Position numbers and translations under genes: made by a program
NCBI GenBank assembly: GCA_020184695.1
Contig: JAANOX010000063.1
Span: 1-64,000, forward strand
DNA from: Histomonas meleagridis 2922-C6/04-290x
Taxonomy: Eukaryota > Protista > Parabasalia
Length of the DNA: 64,000 nucleotides
Reading direction: 5' to 3'
The notes under the pieces: generated by a model
Databases searched by the model: none
Seen by the model: the letters and a program-made list of their open reading frames with translations, nothing else
Told to the model about the DNA's origin: nothing
Part shown: positions 1 through 10,214 of the stretch, piece after piece
Numbering within the stretch: the stretch's first letter is position 1
How the letters are laid out: every line of letters starts with the position of its first letter

Positions 1-2
1 AA

Positions 3-140
3 GACAAGGTTTGTGTTGATGGAAACATAATTACATCACGTGGACCAGGAACATCAATGTATTTTGCTATTGCAATTGTTGAAGCTCTTTGTGGAAAAGA
101 AAAGGCTGAATCAATTAAGAATGGAACACTCTTGCAGTAA
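3..140 (+). CDS. DJ-1/PfpI family protein, C-terminal end (gene starts before the window)
   Basis: Frame 3 reads [45 protein letters not shown]; [14 protein letters not shown] is the typical DJ-1 C-terminal motif. Confidence 0.85.
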   Translation, partial: DKVCVDGNIITSRGPGTSMYFAIAIVEALCGKEKAESIKNGTLLQ

Positions 141-321
141 ATATTAAACTGCAATTTTTTTACTTTAATTTTGCATATTAAATATTAATTTGAAGTTTCA
201 AAAAATGAACAATTATATGTTCTCATTCAACAATAAAATTTTTCGTTCACTTTTAACAAGAGTAATATTAAAGAATATAAATGTATGGAATAAAATTAAT
301 GTCCAAAAAATTTATAATAAT

Positions 322-765
322 TTATTGTGGTAATGCAGACGGTGGCAAAACCGAAGGCGCTGCTTTCATGGATGAATTTACAATTCCAGTAGTTTGGGCT
401 GGCTTTGGCATATTTGTTGATTTTTGAGCAGAAGCGTTTTTATCATGAGGTACACCTGGTTGGTGTGTTGTTGAAGAAGTTGATGTAGCAATTTTGTTTC
501 CCGTTGGTGGTGGTGGACCAATTACATCCACATGAACAACAGAATCTCCTCTAAGAATCATAAGGCCTATATTTCTTTTAATTTCTCTTGGTCCTCCTGG
601 TTTTCTATTTTTCAATTGTCTGTATTCTTCGCAATCTTTTAATACGATATTTGAATGAATATCAAATCCGAGAAGTTGTCCAATAAAGCGACGTTTGTCA
701 TTGATAGATATGCTTACTCTGTGATTAACAAATTTTCCAAGCTTTGATCCATGTGGTGCCAGCAT
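322..765 (-). CDS. SNRPB: Small nuclear ribonucleoprotein SmB/B'
   Basis: Sm1 motif (FIGQLLGFDIHSNIVLKDCEEYR), Sm2 motif (IGLMILRGDSVV) and GPPP followed by a Pro-rich tail. Confidence 0.85.
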   Translation of the reverse strand: MLAPHGSKLGKFVNHRVSISINDKRRFIGQLLGFDIHSNIVLKDCEEYRQLKNRKPGGPREIKRNIGLMILRGDSVVHVDVIGPPPPTGNKIATSTSSTTHQPGVPHDKNASAQKSTNMPKPAQTTGIVNSSMKAAPSVLPPSALPQ

Positions 766-864
766 ATATAACTAGGAAAAGTGGCTTTTAAACGGCTGAT
801 TGGATTTCTGTCACTTTTCAAGAATAACGAACACACATTCAAAAAGTGGAATTCGTTACTTCCT

Positions 865-2454
865 ATGTGTGAAGATACAGAAGGATCTCTTGATTACTTA
901 TCTACACCAATAAGGATCAAATTTCAGTTATTGAGCAAGTAAGGGAAACCTATTAAAAATAGTTTCTGATTTTGGGATCAGACCGACCAATTGATTACTT
1001 TGAACCTTTTCATACATTTCCTCTTAAAGAAGAACGACAAACCGAAGAAAATCCACTTCTTAATCTTCACCAACAAGGTTGTCCTGATTTTGTAGCAATA
1101 TCTAAAGCAAAATCAAGAATTCAAACACAACTTTTTCCAAAAGAACGACTTACAGCTGAAGTTGAAGAGGAAGAAGAAATTAATGAACAACTAGAGGGTG
1201 AAACACCAGAAAACCATGAGGAAGAAGAAGAGGAACCTACTGAAGGAGTAGTTCGGTGATAGTTTCTTCCTGACATGAAGTTTCCTTCATGAAGTTGGAC
1301 CTGGGCTTACAACTCATGAAACTATTCTTTTACAGCTTTCCTATTCAAAAACTACTCCGATCAGTGATCCAATATCGACAGCACTGATTTGGGGCAATGT
1401 CAATGGTGTAGAGCGTGATTATTACATTGTTGAAGTTGAGTTTCATGAAGGGTCACGTCCACATCCAGAAACCAATGAAGAAGAAGGCACATGTTACACA
1501 ATCCAGATAGATGATCTCCAATTGAAGAAGAAACTGGTCCAAACACATACAACTACTTTGTATGCAGCACACGTTAGGGTGGGAAATGGACACTTACTCA
1601 GACATTGAGCCTATCTCGTATTTCTTTATCCTCACGATGTATCAAACAAAATGTTTACTGGCGATCTTAATGCAGAAGTTAATTCCCCGCCGAATCGTTT
1701 CAAAGGCACTGAGAAAGAACTGCTTCGTTCCTTTATAGCGCGAGTTTATCATTCATGTACCATATCACCGAAAGGGCAATATATCTCTGAAGAAGAACCT
1801 GAAGAAGATTTACCACTTTATTCCAATGCGCCCATTGTCTTAAACGAAGAGCATGAATTTAAAGCGCTTAAAGGAATGGAAGACTTTGTACATCGAACAG
1901 CTTTTACCAGAGGCCGCGTTGATTATTATCATCCGATAAATGAAGAAGAAGAGAAAAATGAAAACGAAGAAGAGATGTTAAATGACATTGAAGTCGGACC
2001 TCCAATACTTCGTTCTATTGTTGAAGATGAACCAATTAATGGCAATATTCCAAGTTGGAGTATTCGAGTTAATAATGATAAAATATTTTGGCTGAGATCA
2101 AACACTTGGCCTGGATTAAATGTCGTGAGTAATTATAATGGCGAAAGAGTAATAAATGTTTACTTCGGTTGGGGAATGAAAGCAACTGAAGCTGAAGAGT
2201 GGCCGCCGATTATCGAGAAGAAGAAAGAGAACAAAGAAGAAGAAGAAAAGAACGAAAAAGAAAACGAAAATGGGAATAATGAAGAAGAAAATGAAAATGA
2301 GGAAAATGAAAAAGAAAATGAAAACGAAACAAAACAAAATAATGAAGAAAATGATAAAGGAGATAACGAAGAAATCACAAGTAGCGCTGTATATGACGGT
2401 ACTTCAGAAACGTATACTTATGAAGGATCTGCGTATGACGAATCAGTTGCATAA
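865..2454 (+). pseudogene. Radial spoke head protein RSP4/6 (RSPH4A/6A-like); 5' half broken by several frameshifts and stops, 3' half (1651-2454) open; start approximate
   Basis: Motifs stitched across frames: GPGLTTHET..IWGNVNGVERDYYIVEVEF, TGPNTYNYFVC, MFTGDLNAEV..LLRSFIARV..TISPKGQY, WLRSNTWPG, NVYFGWGMK; acidic E/N-rich tail. Confidence 0.8.
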
Positions 2455-2586
2455 ATAATAAATATTTTATTGATATCTATTTGCCATTCTTTGAATGCCA
2501 TGTTTAAGAAAAAGGATTCTTTTCATGAAGAATTGTTTTATATATATAAACAGAAAATATAAATTAATAACAAAAATACAGACATT

Positions 2587-3749
2587 TTATTTATAATGAT
2601 CTATTATTTTATCAGCAATTTCAGCTACTGCTTGTTCATCTTTATATGTTAATTCCTCTATGATTCCGATATATTGGCTATTGATTAAGAAATCATGTAA
2701 TTCTCTTGATTCACATTCTTTTTCCGTATTCAATGCGTACAATATACTATCGAGAATTAGTAATTTCATTTCATATTGATCACTCGTCAAACATTCACAG
2801 AAGGAATTGAACACAATTTCATTCATAACCAATTTTATATGTTCACAATCTCCTTTATACAAAATATTTGAAGCAAGAGAAATCGCTTCGATTCTTTCTT
2901 TAAAATATCCATTCTCTATACACTCATTAATTAACTCAACAAAACCATATTCACATATCTCATTTACTTCCATATGACCAAAAGAAGCAATATTAGACAA
3001 AATAGATAAAATTTCACATATATATTCATTACTAGTTAAAGAAAGTTCGGAAAGAACGGAATAAAGTCCTCCATCGATTAACGTCGAAGTTGGAAGAAAA
3101 TTTAACGTTGAAAGTTTACGGAAGAAATAAAGAATTTGTCGAATCGTTTCACCTGATATAATCTTTGATGAAAGAAGAGAAAGTGTTTGATAAAGAAGTT
3201 CAGAATCATCAAAAATTAATGAGTTAATGTTCGGCCGTGAAAGAATTACATTAAATAATTTGAAAACTGATAGAAAATTTTCATCTGAATTAAATTGAAG
3301 CAAAACATTTCGACCATATGAAAAGCCATATGTTTCAAAATTGTTTTCACTGTATTGAATTATGAAAGAAATTGTATCAATGACTATTGGATTAGGCATA
3401 AGATTTGAAATTACTGAAAAAAATTGTTCATTACATATCATTTTGTTAAGTGATATGTCATTGATAGCAATAAGACGTTGTAAACATTTTAGCAAATACA
3501 CTTTAAAAATTTATCAGAATTGTAAAAACAAAACGTATGTGTGCACGAAAAATTAGTTAATGTTTCTGCTAAATTTTGAATATTATCCTTGGGAAATTGA
3601 AAAAAGTTAGAGAGAATTGTTGGAAAATCATTCATAACACAATCGGAATTTGCTACACTATTTGAGTTTTTACTAAACCTATCAACACGAAGAACATCCT
3701 GCTGCTTTTTTCTCAAAAATTGTAGGTATTCTTGATGAGAATTGTTCAT
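2587..3749 (-). CDS. ARM/HEAT-repeat (importin-alpha-like) protein split by one frameshift near 3500
   Basis: ORFs 3489-3749 and 2587-3501 overlap by 13 nt at a T/A homopolymer; ARM-like segments ILSILSNIA and EAISLASNI; same general architecture as 54291-55604. Confidence 0.55.
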
Positions 3750-4323
3750 GCAGGCACTTCAGGAAAAAACGTTAAATATTTAACGTTAAACATTTTATTT
3801 TCACTTTTTTAGAATCCAAAATGTTCGCCCTCGTAACTGTGGAAACGGTCGACGTTCAACAAAAACCGTAAAATCTTTATATAAAAATTGTGTAAAATTC
3901 CTCCATCTTTTGATCAGTATCGGAGAATTTCCATCGTTTATCTTTGATATCAACAAATAACCATTTGGACTTTTGTCATTCATTTGAATACCAACCTATC
4001 TCATTATTTAAAATTTCTTGTCATACTGAATGTGAATAAAAAAGACATTATGCCATTGTAAATAAAAAACTTTCCAATTAACATCGACAAGTAAAAGAAA
4101 TAAAATTATTTGAAAATATTTTTGTTTTTTATCACTTTTCAACAATGTCACTTTAGTTTCATAACATTTTAGACCAGAACCAGCGTTGTTTGAGTTATTT
4201 CTGAGATTTACTTAGAATAATTGTTGTTTTCTGAATTTTTTTTTTGAATCAAAAACGATATATCAGGCAAATAGAATTTTGAGTAATTTTTTGAAAAAGT
4301 CTGAAGCGCACTTATTTTATTTT

Positions 4324-5151
4324 ATGACTTCTGAAACACAATTTCGACCACTTTTTGCTATTGCTGATAGCTACCTGGTGGACTCATTAAACAAAATATC
4401 CCCCGAAATTATGGATCATTTGAAATCAACTCTTCACAAATATATTGATAATGAAATTACATTAGATGAAGCAACTGCCGTTTTCCAGCTTTATTCTGTG
4501 TCAAAAAGAGCCCTCGATCGAATCTCAGCTATTCTTAATGTGTCTTCCTCCCCAATTTCACCGACAGAAACAAATTCCCAAATAAATATGATGAATGGAA
4601 CCAGAAAGAAAACTCATCCATGGAATGAATATGAAGATCAGCGTTTGCTGTGCGCAATTAACAAGTATGGCTTAGATAATTGGTCGCCAGTCTCCGCATT
4701 TGTAGGAAACGGAAGAACAAGAGCTCAGTGCTCACAAAGGTGGTTCCGTGGACTCGATCCAAGAATATCTAAAGTCTTATGGTCACCAGAAGAAGAACAA
4801 AATTTACTTCAACTTATCGACAAATATGGTGATCGTGCATGGACAAAGATATCTGCAGAGCTTGGAAATAGGAGTGATGCACAATGCCGCTACCATTATC
4901 GTCAGATGATGAAAGAAAAGAATATGAGTATGAATTTAGCACAAGAAAGGCACCAAATCTCAGCAACAATGTCAGCACCTTCATCTATATTAAGAACAGA
5001 AATACAATCAATGATGCCTTTATTTCAGACAGGATATATTAGCCAATCTCCTTCAAGACCAGCACTTCCACCAATTTCTAGTATTCTAGATTCGATTGAT
5101 AGTGGATTCCCAGTATTTCCTAACCGAGGTCCATTTCAATTCCTTAATTAA
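4324..5151 (+). CDS. R2R3 Myb-like DNA-binding protein
   Basis: Two Myb repeats, PWNEYEDQRLL..NWSPVSAFVGNGRTRAQCSQRW and LWSPEEEQNLL..AWTKISAELGNRSDAQCRYHY; first ATG at 4324. Confidence 0.9.
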   Translation: MTSETQFRPLFAIADSYLVDSLNKISPEIMDHLKSTLHKYIDNEITLDEATAVFQLYSVSKRALDRISAILNVSSSPISPTETNSQINMMNGTRKKTHPWNEYEDQRLLCAINKYGLDNWSPVSAFVGNGRTRAQCSQRWFRGLDPRISKVLWSPEEEQNLLQLIDKYGDRAWTKISAELGNRSDAQCRYHYRQMMKEKNMSMNLAQERHQISATMSAPSSILRTEIQSMMPLFQTGYISQSPSRPALPPISSILDSIDSGFPVFPNRGPFQFLN

Positions 5152-6317
5152 TTCGATAATCAAGGAGATAACGTCTCACTAAACCATGGGTTTTTCTGTA
5201 TTTTATTCAACAACTTTTCTGTGTGAATAATCAAACCGACGTTTTTTCATAAGGTTAAATTTATGACTTGATGATAATCCTGTGAAAAAGCTGTTGTATT
5301 CGGAATGTCAGCCAAAATCTCTTTCCGATAGGACCATTCAATTAACTACTTTTTGAATTATTTTCTTGGTTGTTTTCAATGCATAAATGTCTGCGAATGT
5401 TCTTCTTATCTGGCCCGATGCAAAAACAGGTTTCTCATATTATTATCAAATTTTTCAAACTAAAAAAATGCTTTTAATATGTATTATATATGAAGCATAA
5501 AAATTAATATGATGAAATAAGATTAATATTGAGATATTGATATTTTTATTTGGTCGAAATCACACTTGCTGAATTTTTGAAATTCATTCAAAAATTGACA
5601 TGATAAAATCTCGATGAATATTTATCATTTTCTGACAAAATTAATCGGCTTTAATAAGCAGTGTAAACTCTAACGTTGAAAATCCAAAGATTTCAAAAAA
5701 TCTTTTTATCTAATCAGATTATTTTAAATTCTTCAATAAAATCATATTCAAAAAATATGTTTCTGTGATTTTGTTATCATTTTAATTGTGTTTCTGTAAC
5801 ATATTAAAAAAATCGAAAATGGCTCCATTTTTGTAGTAACGATGTTAAGGTATATTTATCAGGGTATATCTTGGCAAATAAATTATTGTTTTGTTTAATG
5901 TTGCCCTAATGGATGAAATGATCTAAAAAATTTTGGACATTAGTCAAAAAATTTATTCAACATTTGTTGCAGGTTTAAATGAATGTGATATCATTCCTAC
6001 ACATAAGTTTCATTAAATAATGAAAGAATTTGAAGATAACAACCGAATTCAAAGTAAAAAACACAAAGTTTTTTTTCAATGATTTTAGAAGTTCAATCAC
6101 ATGAACAAGATTATTTTCTTGAGATGATGACTCATGAAAATTAATGTGAATCAAACAGATGAGAAATTATTTAATGCATTGTATGTCCGAAAAAAAAATA
6201 TTTAAAACTAAATATAGGAAACATTGATAAACCTTCCTTTAAAAAAAAAAAAAAACGGAAGCTTCATATGCAATTGATTATGCAAAAAAAAAATTTATAT
6301 CTATTGATAAGGTTTAT

Positions 6318-8545
6318 TCAAATGTCCTCCACATTGACATTTCCCCATGAAATATCATCATTTGTTTTTAGCATTAATATCAATTTCTTCTTGTTCAAGA
6401 AGTAATTCAACTATTTCTGTATGACCTTTTGAAGATGCATACATAAGTGCTGTCCAAAATAATTTAATTAATTTCCAAATATTATTTTGAAATATTAAAT
6501 TATTAAAATAAATATTAAATAAAACAAATAAATATTTTTAGCATTAATATCAATTCCTTCTTGTTCAAGAAGTAATTTAACGATTTCTGTATGACCATAA
6601 TAAGATGCCCAAATAAGTGCTGTATTAAATAATTTAAATAATTTCCAAATATTATTTTGGAATATAAATTTCAAATAAAACAAATAAGTATCTTTAGCAT
6701 TAATTTCAATTCCTTCTTGTTCAAGAAGTAATTTAACTATTTCAATATGACCTTTTTCCAATGATAAAATAAGTGCTGTTTTAAATAATATGAATAATTT
6801 CCAAATATTATTTTTAAATATTAAAATATTAAAATAAATATCAAATAAAACAAATAAATATCTTTAGAATTGACATAAATTCTTTTTTGTTCAATTAGTA
6901 ATTTAACTATTTCTATATTATTATTTCTAACTGCTATATGAAGTGCTGTATAAAATTATTTAAATAATTTCCAAATATTATTTTGAAATCCAAAATTATT
7001 AAAATAAATTTTAAATAAAACAAATAAATATCTTTAGCATTAATATCAATTCCTTCTTGTTCAAGAAGTAATTTAACTATTTCTGTATATCCATTTAAAG
7101 ATGCCAAAATAAGCGCTGTATCAAATGATTTAAATAATTTCCAAATATTATTTTGAAATATAAAATTATTAAAATAAATTCTAAATAAAACATATAAATA
7201 TTTTTAGCATTAATATTAATTCCTTTTTGTTCAAGAAGTAATTCAACAATTTCGAGATAGCCTTTTATAGATGCTTTAATAAGTGCAGTTTCAAATACAA
7301 TAAATAAGTTTCAAATATTATTTAAAAATATAAAATTATTGGAATAAATATCAAATAAAACAAATAAATATTTTGAGCATTTATGTTAATATGTTTTTTA
7401 CTAAATAAATATCTAACAAATTCAATATTTCCTGATTCTACAGAAAATACGATTAACTCATTGGGAATTTGATATTTTTTAAGAAAATATTTTGTTAAAA
7501 ATAAATTTCCAATTTTTGCTGATTCAATAATAATACTATTATCAATTCTCATTCCTTTTTCTTCCAAAAATGTAAAAATTTCATAATTATGATAATAAAT
7601 GCATTTCGTTCCTAATTTTTCTAAATTATCAATTTTTTCAATTTTATTTTCATAAAGATATTTAAAAATTTCATTTCGATGAAACACAATTGCTGTTTCA
7701 TATGCATTTTCAAATGATGAATGATTTTGTTCACATAAATGAATGATTTCTAAATTTCCACCTGCAACTGCATATTTACCTGTGTTATTTACTTTTGTAG
7801 AATTCATAAGTAAATATTTAAAACATTTGTTTGAAGAAAAAAATGCTGCATAATCAATTAATGAAACATTTATTTTATTAACAAAATCACATCGTTCATA
7901 AAGTGATTTTCGAATTGTTTGATTAAAATCAAAATTTGTTTGTGATGATATTTCTTGAAGTTTTTCTATTTCATCATTTCGAATTATTTTTGCTATTTCA
8001 TCCGGATTAACTCCTTCTTTAACTAATTGCTTATGAAGTGCAAAATCATTCTTTGAAAGTTCTTCATAAGAAATATTTTCTTTATCAAATAAATATTTAT
8101 ATTCATAAAATTTATCTTGATTAATATGAACAAAAAATGGTTTATTTATATTTTGGATGATTTTTGATTCAAGTAAATTATAATTAATCATGTAATTAAG
8201 TAAATGAAATGATTCTTGTGTGTTTTCTTTAAGTAGAAATTGAGAAAATAAATTTATTATTTTTGTGTTAATTTTATTATTTTCTTCATACTTTTCAATT
8301 TCTTGTAACAATCTCAAATATATATCAAAATTATTACTATTAATCAGAAAAGATGTATATATCATTTGGCATATGATGATATCATAAGATATTGGATATT
8401 CTTTACAAAACTTGCTGATAATAAAATTTGATGATTGAGCAAAATTGTCTATATTCAAACCAAAGATTATGTTTTCGAGCGCTGTAAATGTTTCCCATTC
8501 GTATTGTGATTTCTGGTTTGTTGTTGCTGTTTGATTTTGATTCAT
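6318..8545 (-). CDS. Trichomonad-type ankyrin protein: DUF3447-like N-terminal region (open to 7322) followed by six ankyrin modules separated by non-coding spacers
   Basis: 407-aa ORF with EIAKIIRNDEIEKLQ, SLIDYAAFFSSNKCFKYL and GKYAVAGGNLEIIHLCEQ, then six open 30-codon TALxxAxxxGHxEIVKLLLEQ modules at a 170-nt period. Confidence 0.75.
6364..7369 (-). repeat. 170-bp periodic array 1: 90-nt ankyrin module plus 80-nt AT-rich spacer, six units
   Basis: Spacers at 7290-7369, 7120-7199, 6950-7029, 6780-6859 and 6454-6533 are each 80 nt; 6624-6689 is 66 nt. Confidence 0.9.
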
Positions 8546-9299
8546 TTGAAAAAATTAACTAAGGTCGAAGTGGATCTCAAAAAGTGTCTCTCCCACCTGA
8601 CTAGCTTTTATATATATATATATAATGATGAATTTACATGTTTATCTTCATTAACTTAGAAAAAACAATAATTAATAAAATAATATTATTAACTTATAAA
8701 ACGTAAATATTATAACTATTTATAATATGCCTAATTAAGTGAGAGATATAATAAATAATATTGGAAGAAATATTAAGACTATATATATATATATATGTTT
8801 ATCATTATTATTTTGTCATTAGCTCAAAGATAACATAGATTTATAAAAAATGTATTACTATTAAATAAAAAGTATAAAAATTCATAAATAAAAGAAAATT
8901 TTATTTTAATACAAGAATAAAGTAGAAAGAAAAAAAATTAATAAAAAAGGGAATCATATTAGTATGTGGGATCTCGCCGGTTGACATAAAATAGGGAAAA
9001 AATGGCCAGCGCAAAGTGCTGGCGTAATTTTTTTAATATATCCAGTCAACTCAAGGGTGAGAAAGGAAAAAAGTGCATAAGTAAATCATTAAATTAAAAC
9101 AGATGAAATGTCAAAAACATAGAAATAAGAATTTTGAAGCAAAAAAATAATAATTTATAAAAAAAATCATATTTTAAAAGGTACACATCATATTAATAAT
9201 TATTTTAAAAAGTGTAATCACTGTAATTTTGTCAACATATATTTTTTTGGAAGCCTACTTTTCATTTTATATAAAATTGTACAAGAATCTCTGAAGCAC

Positions 9300-9890
9300 A
9301 ATAGCACCCACAGACAACTTTAGAGCGGCGTCAAATTCTTCAATAAAATTCCATATTATATTAAATAATCTCAAATTATTGAAATAAATAATAAATATAA
9401 CAAATAAATATTTTTCACATTGATATCAATATCTTTATGTTCAAGAAGTAATTTAACAATTTCTGTGTGATTATTTTCACAGACTTCCATAAGAGCTGTT
9501 CGAAATAAAATGAACATTTTCTAAAATTTATTTTTAAACTCTAAATTATTATAACAGAATACAAACATATTTAATTAACAGATCTTGAATTGACATCAAT
9601 ATCTTTTTGCGCGAGAAGTGATTTCGCTATATCTAAATATCCAAAATGAGATGCTACAATTAATGCAGTTCAAAATAAATCAAATAATTTCTATATATCA
9701 CCAAAAAATTGAAAATTAATAAAACAGACTTTTCATAAAATAAACAAATATTTTTAATATTAATAGCAACATCTTTATTTTGAAGAAGAAATTGAACTCT
9801 TTTAGTGTAACCGTTTTTAGCTGCGATCATTAGTGCTGTTTGATGTAATTTGACTAAATTCCAAATATTATTTTACACGTTATTTATTTT
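9300..9890 (-). repeat. Ankyrin module/spacer array 2 (orphan, no N-terminal domain)
   Basis: Modules TALMIAAKNGYTKRVQFLLQNKDVAINIKN, TALIVASHFGYLDIAKSLLAQKDIDVNSRS and TALMEVCENNHTEIVKLLLEHKDIDINVKN; spacers 9330-9409, 9500-9579 and 9670-9749 are all 80 nt. Confidence 0.85.
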
Positions 9891-9924
9891 AATTAATTTT
9901 AATTTTTATATAATTAGATATTCA

Positions 9925-10050
9925 AAAAAATTGGAAATTATTTGAAACTGCATTTATGATAGCATCTTTAATTGTATGTATCATACAGGAATCGTACTTC
10001 TTGAAATGGATTGAATTGATCATCAAAATGAAAATATTTATTTTTTATAT
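9925..10050 (+). pseudogene. Single degenerate ankyrin module, inverted relative to array 2
   Basis: TTGGAAATTATTTGAA-ACTGCATTTATG (spacer 3' end plus TAFM) on the + strand, followed by a frameshifted module. Confidence 0.6.
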
Positions 10051-10214
10051 TTAGAGCCAAGTGTATTTTTGTAAATGACATTTTTCCATAAATTCACATT
10101 AATAATTTGATTTTCATTGCAATAATTGCATTGCAAAACACATCTGATTCACCCATAAAAAACACATAAAAATATTTCATGTTTATTTTTACATTCAAAT
10201 GAAAAAACAAGATA

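Noticed and set aside
2116-2458. Hydrophobic or Lys/Met-rich ORFs at 2116-2337, 2160-2378 and 2270-2458
   Set aside because: Shadow frames of the GAA/AAT low-complexity tail of the radial spoke gene
3801-3983. 60-aa ORF MNDKSPNGYLLISK...
   Set aside because: Short, no recognisable family or element ends; may be a relic but cannot be supported
6364-7369. Canonical GT-AG or AT-AC intron explanation of the ankyrin spacers
   Set aside because: Using GT at spacer position 9 and the AG in ACAG gives ATT TAT TTC ACT T (out of frame); several units have ACT GCA with no AG; AT..AC choices also shift frame; no ACTAAC branch motif
6364-7369. CRISPR-like array (regular repeat/spacer periodicity)
   Set aside because: Eukaryotic context, no cas genes, units far longer than CRISPR repeats, and the variable parts are ankyrin-coding paralogues
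9000-9030. SECIS element (AAA apical loop) that could recode a TGA
   Set aside because: No ATGA/GA kink-turn core, and it is not in the 3' UTR of a TGA-containing gene
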